Source of the DNA: a virus
Lineage: Duplodnaviria > Heunggongvirae > Uroviricota > Caudoviricetes
Direction: 5' to 3' (one strand)
Virus record (IMG/VR): IMGVR_UViG_2721755658_000003
DNA length: 37,505 bases
In this document: positions 1 through 10,711 of the stretch, in pieces
Layout: each line of letters opens with the position of its first letter
How positions within the stretch are numbered: the first letter of the stretch is position 1
Program-made: the position numbers and the translations under genes
Notes under the pieces: model-generated
Told to the model about the DNA's origin: nothing
Databases searched by the model: none
The model's input: the letters and a program-made list of their open reading frames with translations, nothing else

Positions 1-258
1 ATGCAAACCGTTATTTTTGGTCGTTCGGGTTGCCCTTACTGTGTGCGTGCAAAAGATCTGGCTGAGAAATTGAGCAATGAACGCGATGATTTTCAGTATC
101 AGTATGTAGATATTCGTGCGGAAGGGATCACTAAAGAAGATCTACAACAAAAGGCAGGTAAACCCGTAGAAACCGTGCCGCAGATTTTTGTCGATCAGCA
201 ACATATCGGCGGCTATACCGATTTTGCTGCATGGGTGAAAGAAAATCTGGACGCCTGA
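1..258 (+). CDS. grxA: glutaredoxin 1
   Basis: 85-aa ORF with CPYC redox motif (SGCPYCVRAK); matches E. coli GrxA from memory over its full length. Confidence 0.9.
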   Translation: MQTVIFGRSGCPYCVRAKDLAEKLSNERDDFQYQYVDIRAEGITKEDLQQKAGKPVETVPQIFVDQQHIGGYTDFAAWVKENLDA

Positions 259-267
259 TCGTCTGAC

Positions 268-300
268 AAGCCCTCGCGTTGAGGGCTTTACTGATTTTTT
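268..300. terminator. bidirectional rho-independent terminator between convergent grxA and ybjM
   Basis: Stem AAGCCCTC / GAGGGCTT with short loop, followed by a T-run (ctgatttttt); overlaps the 3' end of ybjM. Confidence 0.45.
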
Positions 301-665
301 CTGTGCTGTGGTTTAAACAAACTACTGATAAATAAGAAACACAGTGCCCCCAGCGCACACCAGAACACCGCGCTTAGTAACCATGCCAGCTCTTGCCAGA
401 ATGAGCGCGTCGGTGAAAAAAACAGCCGCATAATGAGCATCGAACAGGGTGCCGCCAGCATTGCGCCAAACAGAGGTTTCAGGACTTCTCTACGCTGTGA
501 AAAGAAGCTGGCGACTGCTCCAGGAAGAATGAAAAATAGCAAGCCGATTTCAGGATGCCCGGCAGCCCGAAAAGCGCCTTTCATGTGCGTCGCCAGAAAA
601 AGGCACACCACAATGAAGAGGACAAAACAGCAGATTGCCCCCGCCCAACGTTGTTTATGTTTCAC
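288..665 (-). CDS. ybjM: inner membrane protein YbjM
   Basis: 125-aa hydrophobic ORF convergent with grxA; sequence and length match YbjM from memory. Confidence 0.75.
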   Translation of the reverse strand: MKHKQRWAGAICCFVLFIVVCLFLATHMKGAFRAAGHPEIGLLFFILPGAVASFFSQRREVLKPLFGAMLAAPCSMLIMRLFFSPTRSFWQELAWLLSAVFWCALGALCFLFISSLFKPQHRKNQ

Positions 666-934
666 TCGTTCCTCCTGACACTGCGTCTATCGAACACATT
701 TTTCGCCAGTGTGGCGTTCAGTAAGATAAAGCCGCTTCGCATTCCATGCTAATATAGGCCAACGCAATTCATATAGCCGTTGATACCTAATGTGATTACA
801 CTAGTAAAATATATTGTTACTTTACTATCGTTTAGGTGCGCTGAATGAATCTGCGCCCTGAATTCTGGTAAAAAACATTATCGTAAATTACCATTTCTTT
901 CAACAGCTTACTAGTAAACAAGAAGTTAGCCTCC

Positions 935-2620
935 GTGAATATAAACGTCGCCGAATTGTTAAATGGGAATTACATTCTGTTATTATTTGTGGTCCTCGCG
1001 CTTGGGCTATGTCTCGGAAAGTTACGACTTGGTTCGATCCAACTGGGTAATTCCATTGGCGTTTTAGTCGTATCGCTGTTATTAGGCCAACAACATTTCA
1101 GCATTAACACCGATGCGCTTAATCTTGGCTTTATGCTGTTTATTTTCTGCGTCGGGGTCGAAGCCGGACCGAACTTTTTTTCCATTTTTTTTCGCGATGG
1201 GAAAAATTACCTAATGTTAGCACTGGTGATGGTTGGCAGTGCGCTGGTGATCGCCTTAGGGTTAGGTAAGCTGTTTGGCTGGGATATTGGCCTGACGGCC
1301 GGTATGTTAGCAGGCTCTATGACGTCGACACCGGTTCTGGTCGGTGCTGGCGATACACTGCGTCATTCCGGCATGGAAAGCAGGCAGCTCTCACTGGCAC
1401 TGGATAATCTGAGCCTCGGGTATGCCTTAACCTATTTAATCGGTCTGGTGAGTTTGATTGTTGGTGCGCGTTACTTGCCGAAATTGCAGCATCAGGACTT
1501 ACAGACCAGCGCCCAGCAAATCGCCCGCGAACGTGGCCTGGACACTGATGCCAACCGTAAGGTTTATTTACCGGTGATCCGCGCCTATCGCGTCGGCCCG
1601 GAACTGGTGGCCTGGACCGACGGCAAAAATCTGCGTGAACTGGGTATTTATCGACAAACCGGCTGCTACATTGAACGTATTCGACGTAACGGGATTCTGG
1701 CAAATCCAGACGGTGATGCCGTGCTACAAATGGGCGATGAAATAGCGTTGGTAGGCTATCCCGACGCCCATGCCCGACTCGATCCCAGCTTCCGTAACGG
1801 TAAAGAAGTTTTCGATCGTGACCTTCTCGACATGCGTATCGTCACTGAAGAAGTGGTCGTTAAAAACCATAACGCTGTAGGTAAACGTCTCGCACAACTG
1901 AAGTTGACCGATCACGGTTGCTTCCTTAACCGCGTCATTCGTAGCCAGATTGAGATGCCGATAGATGACAACGTCGTGCTTAACAAAGGTGACGTTTTAC
2001 AAGTCAGCGGCGATGCCCGCCGCGTAAAAACCATCGCCGATCGCATCGGCTTTATCTCGATTCACAGCCAGGTCACTGACCTGCTGGCATTCTGCGCCTT
2101 CTTTGTTATTGGGCTGATGATCGGGATGATCACCTTCCAGTTCAGCACATTCAGTTTCGGCATGGGGAACGCTGCCGGGTTGTTATTCGCCGGAATTATG
2201 CTGGGCTTTATGCGTGCTAACCACCCGACCTTCGGTTACATTCCGCAGGGTGCATTAAGCATGGTGAAAGAGTTCGGCTTGATGGTGTTTATGGCAGGCG
2301 TTGGTCTGAGCGCCGGTAGCGGTATTAATAACGGCCTGGGCGCGATTGGCGGTCAGATGTTGATTGCCGGATTGATTGTCAGTCTGGTGCCCGTGGTTAT
2401 CTGTTTCTTGTTCGGTGCTTATGTATTGCGAATGAACCGCGCGCTGTTGTTCGGCGCAATGATGGGCGCACGTACCTGCGCGCCGGCAATGGAGATCATC
2501 AGTGATACAGCTCGCAGTAACATCCCGGCGCTGGGCTATGCGGGCACCTATGCAATCGCCAACGTCCTGCTGACGCTGGCAGGGACAATCATCGTCATGG
2601 TATGGCCAGGATTAGGATAA
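935..2620 (+). CDS. ybjL: putative AAE-family transporter YbjL
   Basis: 561-aa ORF with hydrophobic N- and C-terminal membrane domains flanking a soluble middle; matches E. coli YbjL from memory; apparent GTG start at 935. Confidence 0.85.
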
Positions 2621-2732
2621 AACTGAAGTTGCCCTGAAAATGAAATTTTTTTGCACAACCGCAGAACTTTTCCGCAGGGCATCAGTCTTAATTAGTGCCA
2701 CTGCTTTTCTTTGATGTCCCCATTTTGTGGAG

Positions 2733-2776
2733 CCCATCAACCCCGCCATTTCGGTTCAAGGTTGATGGGTTTTTTG
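2733..2776 (+). terminator. rho-independent terminator downstream of ybjL, near the prophage junction
   Basis: Stem CCCATCAACC ... GGTTGATGGG followed by TTTTTTGTTG. Confidence 0.45.
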
Positions 2777-2855
2777 TTGCCTGAAATTTATGCCTTTTAA
2801 AATCATGATGTTAGAAGCACTGTTTTTTATCGATGGCGACAAAATGGCGGCAGCG

Positions 2856-3074
2856 TCAAAGAGAGAGCGCCACCTGTCCTGATTTCATTGGATGCGGCTG
2901 AACCGGATTTGACTCTTTTGGCGTTGCAATCGAACGAACAAAAGTTTCATGGGTAACAAAAGTATGGCTGCAGTTAATATTCTGGCACTGGTTGTAACGC
3001 TCTTTGGTCAATGAAGATACCTGAAAACTGCTGCGAGTATGGGCGGCACTTCCACACAGTGGGCAAATCATCAT
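2856..3074 (-). CDS. ogr: Ogr/B-family zinc-finger late transcription activator
   Basis: ORF with CPLCG...CQN.NC zinc-finger pattern resembling P2 Ogr; start chosen at internal Met (MMICPLCG) to give ~72 aa; start is approximate. Confidence 0.7.
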   Translation of the reverse strand: MMICPLCGSAAHTRSSFQVSSLTKERYNQCQNINCSHTFVTHETFVRSIATPKESNPVQPHPMKSGQVALSL

Positions 3075-3164
3075 TTTTCGAGTTCTCCCCATTTTTGCTA
3101 AATTCACAATAATGATACCGCATTATTCCATTTTGCAAACTTAAAAGTTCTCCATTGCGAAGAA

Positions 3165-4265
3165 TCATTCCATTTCGAAATCATCAATCCTCACTTCAAG
3201 CTCCAGACTGGTCGTAAAACCGTTATCCGGGCTGACGGTATGCGTCAGAGTCGTAATGGTCCATTCCGCATCATCTATCGGCTGTTTAAAGCCACTGACT
3301 TTCACTGGCATTTCCGTGTAGAGATCTGCCCGACCTTCCGCCAGTTGTAGCGAGAATGACGCAACGCCGCGTTGCAGGCGTTCCCACTGCATTTTCGCCG
3401 CTCGTTCGGCGTTGCTCCGGTTGGCATAAGTGCGATTAAGTACCAGCACGTTTTCATCCGTACCCACCAGGTAATCGCCCTGCTTCGCTTCCGGCTCTTT
3501 CTTCTGCTTCTTAGTCCTGCGCTTACGCTTCACCGTGGTGCTTTCTTTCTTCGAGGGTTCGCGAGTATGCAACCAGCTGGCAATTACGCCCGTGTAAGCT
3601 CCGCGATCTGCCAGGGTAAAGCGGTGACTGTCGCCGTCCTTACGTGTGATAGTGATCACCGGCAGTGGTTTACCGCTGGCACTTTTACCCTGTCCCAGTC
3701 GGATGAATAACAGATTGCCATTTTTCACTGACGCGATAGCACCGTACTGGCGCGCCAGCCGCATCAGAAAACTGCCGTCACTCTCATTAGTCTGGTCTAT
3801 ATGTTCCACGGGCTTATCCGACAGGTCTTTACCCAGTGCCATCTTCAGCTTGTGACGCGCGGCTATTTCCTTGACCACTTCCCCGACAGTGGTCTTGTGC
3901 CACGACTTTTCACGGCGGGTATTCAGCGTTTCACGAAAATCAGCACTTCGCGCCCGAATAGTCAGGCGGTCCGGTGCGCCAGTGTGTTCAATCTCGTCCA
4001 CCGTGAATGCCCCTTTCGGGAAAAGCGGCTGCCCCTTCCAGCCCAGCGCCAGCGTAATGACCGCACCACGGCGCGGCAGCACGATTTTTCCGTCAGCGTC
4101 GTCCAGCTCCAGATCAAGCTGGTCCGCTTCAAAGCCCCGGTTATCCGTCAGCGTAAGCCCCATCAGGCGGTTGTCCAGCACAGTGGTTATATCCCTGCCC
4201 TCAATACTGATGCTGAATGCGGGAGTTTTGTTGCCTTTGTTAAGCAGTTCAGAGCTGAAATTCAC
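3165..4265 (-). CDS. tail protein D (late control gene D)
   Basis: 366-aa ORF at the P2 gene D position downstream of U; size and position consistent. Confidence 0.8.
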   Translation of the reverse strand: MNFSSELLNKGNKTPAFSISIEGRDITTVLDNRLMGLTLTDNRGFEADQLDLELDDADGKIVLPRRGAVITLALGWKGQPLFPKGAFTVDEIEHTGAPDRLTIRARSADFRETLNTRREKSWHKTTVGEVVKEIAARHKLKMALGKDLSDKPVEHIDQTNESDGSFLMRLARQYGAIASVKNGNLLFIRLGQGKSASGKPLPVITITRKDGDSHRFTLADRGAYTGVIASWLHTREPSKKESTTVKRKRRTKKQKKEPEAKQGDYLVGTDENVLVLNRTYANRSNAERAAKMQWERLQRGVASFSLQLAEGRADLYTEMPVKVSGFKQPIDDAEWTITTLTHTVSPDNGFTTSLELEVRIDDFEME

Positions 4266-4747
4266 GACAGCAGCCCTCCCACCGTTTTACTGATATCGCT
4301 TAAAGCAGATGTTGCCGTTTCCTGCAGATTATTCAGTTGCGCACTGAGATCACCGAACATATCGGACAGGGATTCATCCACCCGTTTGAGCGACAGGGTG
4401 AACTCAATCCGGCGCGGCATACCGTCGCGGAAAAACTCCGTTTTAGTCTGATTCAGTCCCTCAATCACATACATGCCGTAAATCGTGCCGCTGCCTTCAA
4501 TCAGGGGCCATGCTTTCCCCTGTTCTGCCATCTGCTCCAGTGCCAGCAACGACAGCCTGCCGCCTGTTATCTCCGGCATAAGAACACCGGAAAGCGTCAG
4601 CATGTCGTTTTCCGGTCCCAGAAACTGCGTGGACGGACGTCGGTTTACCCGGCTGTTTGCCGCATGTCGCCAGCTGCGTTGATACTGCAGTTCCTGATAC
4701 GGCACGGTGCGCAGCATAAACACGTACAATCCTAGCACCATCATCAT
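4262..4747 (-). CDS. tail protein U
   Basis: 161-aa ORF with 4-nt overlap to D, immediately downstream of the tape measure gene, as in P2. Confidence 0.75.
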   Translation of the reverse strand: MMMVLGLYVFMLRTVPYQELQYQRSWRHAANSRVNRRPSTQFLGPENDMLTLSGVLMPEITGGRLSLLALEQMAEQGKAWPLIEGSGTIYGMYVIEGLNQTKTEFFRDGMPRRIEFTLSLKRVDESLSDMFGDLSAQLNNLQETATSALSDISKTVGGLLS

Positions 4748-7700
4748 GCGTCGTATCCCCCCTGATCGCTGTAGTTACTCCTGGCTTTTGCCTTCAGCCT
4801 GCGTTCACGTTCATCAAGCTGGCGTGCCACCTCCCGCGCAATATCCTGCGCACTTTGTCCTGGCTGCGTCTGAATGATGATCTGCGTCGGTGCCTCAATC
4901 CGTTGAACGGGCGGCACAGTTGCTGCACGACTCACCATCGCTTCGCCGCCTTTCGCGGGAAGTGCCAAAGGATGCAACGGTGGAAGCTCTGCAGGCGCGG
5001 CAGCAACCCCCATCATTCCGGCAACAACAGCAGCCAGTGCAGCTGTATTTCTCCGGCTGGTCACGTTTGCCGGGCCGTTAACAATTTCCGGCCCGTTTTC
5101 ACCGACGATGCCAAACTGCCCGCGCGGGATATAGCCGCCGCTGTCATACATCCCCGCAAAGCCATATCCCCATGACGGAAAACCACCCGATGGCATCATC
5201 ACTTTACCGTCGGCATTCACCGTCGCAGGTTGCTCACGCGTCACGCTTTCCGGCAGTTTTGCCTTTGCAGCCTCTTTACTGACAATGCCGAGTTTTTCCA
5301 GCAACCAGGAAACGCCGGATTTCAGGGAGTCCAGCGGATGCATAACCATATTCAGCCCTTCCGCCAGTGCCTCCCCGAATCGTCGCCCCATTGCCGCTGC
5401 GCTCTGCAGTTCGGCAGAGGTCGACTTAACGGGCATCAGCAGATCAGTAAACCAGCCCCACAACGCCTGCACTTTGTCGCCAATCCACTGAAACACAGGC
5501 TTAAGTGGTTCGAATGCTGCACTGATGGGACCTGCCGCCGCTTTGAATCCTTCCACCACACCAGCGAGAAATGCGGTGATGGGTTGCCAGTATTTCCAGA
5601 CAACCAGCGCCACGCCCGCCAGTGCAGTAACCACAAGACCTATCGGACTGAGCAGAGCACCTAACAGACCAGATATGGCATACAGGGCAACGCGCAGCAT
5701 CGCCAGCGGACCGGATGCCAGTACTCGCAGCACCGCGTCTGCGGCAGCCAGTCCACCGCGTAGTGCTGCCAGTGGATTCATAAACATCACAGCAACAGCA
5801 CGTAAACCGGATAATCCAGACCGCAACAGTGCAACCGGCACACCTGCTACAGTTTTCAGGACATTCCCCGTCAGTGATGCCGTGCGGCGCAAAGACGACA
5901 ACGGCGCAGTAAGTAAACCCGCTGCGTTGCCCGATGAAGCAAGCCCGCGTCGCAGCAGTGCCAGTGGAGCGTGAGCTAACCAGGATAACGCGCTGCTGGT
6001 TCGTGTTACTGCTGCCGTAACGGAAGGTAACGTTTTGATACCCAGCACAGAGAATCCCAGACGGATGACTGCCAGCGGCCCCAGCACAGCAGCCAACACC
6101 ACAGCCAGGGTGCCGAGGCCCACAGTAACAGCAGCCACAACCGCGGCTACTTTCATCAGTGTGCCCGTCAGTTCAGGGTTAGCTTCCACCCAGCGACGCA
6201 ACGCCCCCGTGATGCTTTTCACCGTGTACAGAATATCCATCAGCGGCTGGCGCAGCGTTTCGCCCAGGCTGCTGAAGGTGTTCTGCGCTCCGGTTTTGAC
6301 CAGCAACCACTGCGCAGAAAGTGAGTCCTTGTTAATGTCGGATTCTTTCTGCATCGAACCGAGCGCATCATTGCCCGCTGTCAGTTTTAGCTGGCGCTGC
6401 AGTTCCGGCAGGTTGTTTGCCAGTTTCGCCGCATCATCGCCAAACTCTTTACCAAACAACATGGTCATGGCAGACAGGCGCTTATCCTGCGGCAGTGCGT
6501 TCACCTTCTCCAGTACGCGCTGGATAGTTCCCATCGCATCCTTCGTCATCTGCTTTTCAATCACTTCAGGATTGAGTTTCAGCAGATTCATTCCTTCAAA
6601 GAAACTCTTGCTTTGCATGGTCGCAATGGACAATTCACGCACCATCGCGTTGGCAGCACTGGCAGCGACCTCCGGCGCAGCCCCCAGTGTCAGGAAGGTG
6701 GAACCCAGCGCCGCCGCTTTACGATAATCCAGACGATCAGCCACACCGCCCAGGCGTTGCATGACATCAATGATGTCTGCCCCTTTCGACATAGCGTTAT
6801 CATCCAGATAGTTCAGCGCATCACCGAGCTGTTCAATATTGCGGGTTGGTATTTTGTAGAGCTGGGCGATTTTCCCCAGACTTTCTGACAGTTCATCCGC
6901 TGGCAGCTCAAAGGCTGTTGCCGCCTTTGCTGCCGTACTGGCGAAGGCCAGCAGGTCACGTTTCTGGTCCTCCCAGCTGTCGTCAGGGTTTGCCACATTC
7001 ATGCGCGCACCACCTTCAACCAGTGCGGCGAAGTCCACAGCACCGTTTTCCATTGGCAGCTGTTCACTGGCAGCTTTGATGGCATCCTGCATTTCGTAAA
7101 AACGCGCAGTGCGGTTGCCATTATCGTCACGCAGACCATTGACCTGCTTTGCCACACCTTTCATGGCATCTTCCATGCTGGTATAGCTTTTTACCGCCGC
7201 CATCACTGGCGCGCCCATTGCCAGCCCTGCAGCCGTGGTGGTGGCTCCGGCTCCTGCGATGCGATCGCGCACTTCAAGCCGTCTTGAGTATTGTTCTCTG
7301 GCAGCGTTCATCCGTGCCTGTTGTTCACCCAGACGTTTAAGTGCTTTTTGCTGGCCCTCCAGTGCCTGACGAGTTTCTTCGGCATTTTTCTTAAGTTCTC
7401 GCTGGGCACTACTGAGTTGTCTGGTATCAATCCCTGATTCTTTAAGTGCCTGACGTTGTCTCTGGACCGCCCCCAACAAGCCGTTATAGGTCTGCTGAAG
7501 TTCCTGTACTCGTGTTTTGGCCTGACTGAATAACTTTGCCTGCGCGGCGGTTGGCCTGTTAGTGGCAGCAAATTGTGTGGCGAGTTTTGCCGCCTCTTCG
7601 CGGGCTGCGTTCAGGTTGTTGGCTGTTATGGCTAGTTGCGAGCGCGTCTTGCGAAATTCATCAATTCTGCCAGCCTGCTTATTCAGTTCTTTGAGGCTGT

Positions 7701-7821
7701 TTCGGGTATTCTGAATTGCGCCAGCCAGCTCTTTCGAACTGGCCTGTGCAGCACGGAATGGGCGGGTGAGTTTGTCAACCGCATTAAGAATGACCTGCAG
7801 GCGCAGGTTATTATCACTCAT
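4744..7821 (-). CDS. tail tape measure protein (gpT)
   Basis: 1025-aa ORF, coiled-coil-rich N-terminus and Ala/Leu/Gly-rich hydrophobic central region typical of tape measure proteins; follows E/E'. Confidence 0.85.
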   Translation of the reverse strand: MSDNNLRLQVILNAVDKLTRPFRAAQASSKELAGAIQNTRNSLKELNKQAGRIDEFRKTRSQLAITANNLNAAREEAAKLATQFAATNRPTAAQAKLFSQAKTRVQELQQTYNGLLGAVQRQRQALKESGIDTRQLSSAQRELKKNAEETRQALEGQQKALKRLGEQQARMNAAREQYSRRLEVRDRIAGAGATTTAAGLAMGAPVMAAVKSYTSMEDAMKGVAKQVNGLRDDNGNRTARFYEMQDAIKAASEQLPMENGAVDFAALVEGGARMNVANPDDSWEDQKRDLLAFASTAAKAATAFELPADELSESLGKIAQLYKIPTRNIEQLGDALNYLDDNAMSKGADIIDVMQRLGGVADRLDYRKAAALGSTFLTLGAAPEVAASAANAMVRELSIATMQSKSFFEGMNLLKLNPEVIEKQMTKDAMGTIQRVLEKVNALPQDKRLSAMTMLFGKEFGDDAAKLANNLPELQRQLKLTAGNDALGSMQKESDINKDSLSAQWLLVKTGAQNTFSSLGETLRQPLMDILYTVKSITGALRRWVEANPELTGTLMKVAAVVAAVTVGLGTLAVVLAAVLGPLAVIRLGFSVLGIKTLPSVTAAVTRTSSALSWLAHAPLALLRRGLASSGNAAGLLTAPLSSLRRTASLTGNVLKTVAGVPVALLRSGLSGLRAVAVMFMNPLAALRGGLAAADAVLRVLASGPLAMLRVALYAISGLLGALLSPIGLVVTALAGVALVVWKYWQPITAFLAGVVEGFKAAAGPISAAFEPLKPVFQWIGDKVQALWGWFTDLLMPVKSTSAELQSAAAMGRRFGEALAEGLNMVMHPLDSLKSGVSWLLEKLGIVSKEAAKAKLPESVTREQPATVNADGKVMMPSGGFPSWGYGFAGMYDSGGYIPRGQFGIVGENGPEIVNGPANVTSRRNTAALAAVVAGMMGVAAAPAELPPLHPLALPAKGGEAMVSRAATVPPVQRIEAPTQIIIQTQPGQSAQDIAREVARQLDERERRLKAKARSNYSDQGGYDA

Positions 7822-7991
7822 CGTTGGCCCCGCTTCTCTGAATCGCTTTATACCGCCATTCCAGCACTTCGGTCAGCGGCATAACGTCAGTAACGGATGG
7901 CGGCCAGTGAAAGATGGTGGCGATATCAGCCACCAGATCGTCAACCGTCAGGCTGTCGGTAAACCGGCAAGCACCGACTTCTTCAACAAAA
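7814..7991 (-). CDS. E' extension of tail assembly chaperone E+E' (programmed -1 frameshift product)
   Basis: Slippery heptamer TTTTTTG on the minus strand (plus coords 7985-7991) inside the end of gene E; the -1 frame stays open for ~56 codons and stops at a TGA overlapping the tape-measure ATG (hand-translated). Confidence 0.6.
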
Positions 7992-8250
7992 AAGTGACAA
8001 CCTCAACCGACATGGCAGTGAGATCTGCCGGGTCCATCTCTGCAATTTCCTGTGCAGTCAGTGCCGGACTGGAGATGCGGGGGATCACGGTCATCATCGC
8101 GTTCACATCCATATCCATAATGGCCTGCAGGCGTGTACCGCGCAGCGCACCGGACTGCGGTTTACGCAGCACAATTTCGGTGATTTCTGTTTTACCGCGC
8201 TTGATGGGGGTATCCAGTTGAATAGTCTTTTCAGTCTGCTTATCGCTCAT
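7948..8250 (-). CDS. tail assembly chaperone gpE
   Basis: 100-aa ORF between the tail tube and tape measure genes; P2 E-like position and size. Confidence 0.75.
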   Translation of the reverse strand: MSDKQTEKTIQLDTPIKRGKTEITEIVLRKPQSGALRGTRLQAIMDMDVNAMMTVIPRISSPALTAQEIAEMDPADLTAMSVEVVTFLLKKSVLAGLPTA

Positions 8251-8304
8251 TTTGCTGTCCTGTAAATTGGGTTCTGGCGCGGTATCCCGCGCCGTTCAGA
8301 TACA

Positions 8305-8820
8305 TCAGAGGCCGAGGGCGTTGCGGTGCGCTTCCATCAGGTCCACACCGTCCACAATTTCCACCATGTTGATAAGGTCCACTTCATAGAGCACCTCACC
8401 ATTTATAGTCAGCTTCGCGTAGCTGTTGGTACTGGTCACTTTGGTAGTGTTGCTTTCGCCCGTCTTCCACTCGCCGGAATCCACTTCTTTGTGACGTCCA
8501 CGCACCACAAGCTCCACGGCCTGCACTTCCCCGGTATCGTCACGCTGGATAGAGCCGGTAAAGCGCAACTGGATACCATCCACCGTGGCTTTGCCCATCT
8601 GCTTAAACAGCAGCAGTTCAGTACCACCAATGGAAAATTCCGTATCCAGTGCGCCGTCATCCAGCCCCAGATCCACATCCACTGCACCCGGCATTCCGCC
8701 GCCGCGATACTTCTCATATTTGCGGGTAAATTTCGGCAGCGTCAGCGACTCAACGATCCCCTGCCAGTTGTTCCCGTCATTAAACAGGTTCAGGTGTTTT
8801 AATTTGCGTGGTAAAGCCAT
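8305..8820 (-). CDS. major tail tube protein (gpFII)
   Basis: 171-aa ORF downstream of the sheath gene; P2 FII size and position. Confidence 0.8.
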   Translation of the reverse strand: MALPRKLKHLNLFNDGNNWQGIVESLTLPKFTRKYEKYRGGGMPGAVDVDLGLDDGALDTEFSIGGTELLLFKQMGKATVDGIQLRFTGSIQRDDTGEVQAVELVVRGRHKEVDSGEWKTGESNTTKVTSTNSYAKLTINGEVLYEVDLINMVEIVDGVDLMEAHRNALGL

Positions 8821-8829
8821 GTTGTCCCC

Positions 8830-10002
8830 TTACGCGCTGACCTGGCTGGAGAAATTCACCAGGTACTGATCGGTGATGCGCTGACGCAGCATCAGGTTTT
8901 CAAGTGGCGGCACTGGCGTGTAGTCGTAGTCGATGGTGAGTTTTCCGGCTTTCAGCGTGTCTTTGTCGTTCACCGACTCATCCAGCCAGCAATCACCACC
9001 AATGAGATAGCCCTGACTGACCAGGCTGCGCATTTTGGCGCGGATACCCTCGATAATGTCGCGGGCCAGCGACGGATTCAGCGGTTTATCCACCGCCCAC
9101 ATGTGCGCTTCTGCCATCGTGTCCGTCAGCACCTGCGCCGTGCGGGTGTAGTTTTCGAAGGCAAAGAGCGGGTCATCACTCAGGCAGCGGGAACCCCAGA
9201 AGCGAAAACCGTCTTTGCGGATAAGGGTGGTGACGTCGTTCTGGTTCAGCAGTCCCGCATCGGTTGCCGGGTCCTGCAGATCCCAGAACACATCAGCAGA
9301 AATTCCGGTGACACCGTTAACGCCCACGTTGGACAGGCTTTTGTGCCATCCGGTCTGCTCGTCAATTTTGGCGCGCAGACCAAGCGCACGGGCGGTGGCA
9401 TAAGCCGTTGCTTCGGCATTCAGCACCGTGTCCCAGCCAGTAAAGTCGGGCCAGATCAGCATTCCTTCACGCTGACTGAAGTTTTCACGGTAAGTGATTG
9501 CTTCCTGCACTGTCTTGCAACCATACGCTGACAGGTAAGCAAATCCACGCAGGCTTTGCGCCACGCTCAGCAACTCAGTAGCTACCGCCTTCGTGTCGTG
9601 ACCTGGCACGCCGAGAATGCGCGGTTTAACGCCGAGCTGTGACTGGGCAGATAACAGGGCTTTCATGCCTGTTTTTTTACCTTCAGCGGTCACTGCTCCG
9701 ATGATATTGGTCGTGGTTTCTTCTTCCGTTTCACCCTGCGGCACACGCACAACAACGGTCACGGGTTTTGCCTGGTCAGCGATGGCATCCAGCGAACGAG
9801 CCAGCGTGCCTGACTCACCCGCTTTACCGCTGGCAGTCAGCACATCAGTGATCAGCACGGGTTTATTAAGAGGAAACATTTTTGCATCGGCATCATCGCC
9901 CGTGCAGACCATACCCACGATGGCGGTGCTCACCGTGGTAATGGATCGGGTGCCTTCGTTGACTTCAACAACGCGCACCCCGTGGTGGTAATCCTGAGCC
10001 AT
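8830..10002 (-). CDS. tail sheath protein (gpFI)
   Basis: 390-aa ORF; P2 FI size and position. Confidence 0.85.
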   Translation of the reverse strand: MAQDYHHGVRVVEVNEGTRSITTVSTAIVGMVCTGDDADAKMFPLNKPVLITDVLTASGKAGESGTLARSLDAIADQAKPVTVVVRVPQGETEEETTTNIIGAVTAEGKKTGMKALLSAQSQLGVKPRILGVPGHDTKAVATELLSVAQSLRGFAYLSAYGCKTVQEAITYRENFSQREGMLIWPDFTGWDTVLNAEATAYATARALGLRAKIDEQTGWHKSLSNVGVNGVTGISADVFWDLQDPATDAGLLNQNDVTTLIRKDGFRFWGSRCLSDDPLFAFENYTRTAQVLTDTMAEAHMWAVDKPLNPSLARDIIEGIRAKMRSLVSQGYLIGGDCWLDESVNDKDTLKAGKLTIDYDYTPVPPLENLMLRQRITDQYLVNFSSQVSA

Positions 10003-10077
10003 AGTGGCGAACCTCCTGATTGGATTAGGCTTCGCCCTATGTTGAAGTGATTGTGCCTGACAAACAGCTAAGCGCAG

Positions 10078-10098
10078 TTGTACCGTTATTCACACAAA
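10078..10098 (-). promoter_or_regulatory. candidate Ogr-dependent late promoter element upstream of FI (P_F-like)
   Basis: TTGTACCGTTATTCACACAAA, a TGT-N12-ACA dyad ~85 bp upstream of the FI start; arms TTGTACCG / CACACAAA identical to the site at 24179-24199. Confidence 0.5.
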
Positions 10099-10144
10099 AT
10101 AACGGTATTTGTCCGCTTGCAGGAAAAATCAAAATAATGCTGAT

Positions 10145-10711
10145 TCAGGGCGATTCATTGCTCTCATTCGCCGGAAATTTTCTATAAATTGTGGAAACAC
10201 CTACATCAAAAATCAGTGCAATACGCTGTCTTGATTCTCCGGCCTCGAGTAAACGTCCAATCTGTGCCCACTGTTCGGTGGTCAACTTAGGACGGCGTCC
10301 ACCTACTCTGCCTTTGGCGCGAGCTGCAGCAAGCCCCGCCCTGGTACGTTCAACTATCAGTTCGCGCTCCATTTCAGCCAGGGCCCCCATGACATGAAAA
10401 AAGAAACGGCCCATTGGGGTACTGGTATCAATACTGTCAGTCAGGCTTCGGAAATTCACGCCACGCTGGCGCAGCTCTTCTATCAGCGTAACGAGATGCC
10501 GCATACTGCGCCCCAACCTGTCCAGCTTCCAGACAACCAGAGTGTCACCTGCCGATAATGTCCTGAGCAGTTTTTTCAGTCCCGGTCTGTCGGACTTAGT
10601 GCCACTGATTTTGTCCTCAAAAATCCGCTCACATCCCGCGCAGTTCAGTGCATTACGTTGCAAATCGGTGTTCTGGTCATTTGTTGACACGCGTACATAG
10701 CCAATAAGCAT
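10145..10711 (-). CDS. serine DNA invertase, Gin/Pin/Cin/Hin family
   Basis: N-terminus MLIGYVRVSTNDQNTDLQRNAL with catalytic Ser context and C-terminal HTH; very close to Mu Gin / e14 Pin by recall; adjacent to the inversion site. Confidence 0.9.
   Translation of the reverse strand: MLIGYVRVSTNDQNTDLQRNALNCAGCERIFEDKISGTKSDRPGLKKLLRTLSAGDTLVVWKLDRLGRSMRHLVTLIEELRQRGVNFRSLTDSIDTSTPMGRFFFHVMGALAEMERELIVERTRAGLAAARAKGRVGGRRPKLTTEQWAQIGRLLEAGESRQRIALIFDVGVSTIYRKFPANESNESP

Noticed and set aside
2733-2776. Hairpin near the prophage junction considered as the att core
   Set aside because: It looks like an ordinary rho-independent terminator for ybjL; an att core cannot be defined without the other junction, which lies outside the window.
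3372-4451. Plus-strand ORFs of 112-216 aa overlapping genes D and U
   Set aside because: Antisense to conserved tail genes; Arg/Ser/Pro-rich translations with no recognisable motifs; no RBS context.
4855-7340. Numerous plus-strand ORFs of 60-230 aa inside the tape measure gene (e.g. 5525-5974, 6035-6727)
   Set aside because: They are antisense to a long, well-supported structural gene, and their translations are low-complexity Ala/Ser/Thr/Pro/Arg-rich, as expected from a GC-rich antisense strand.
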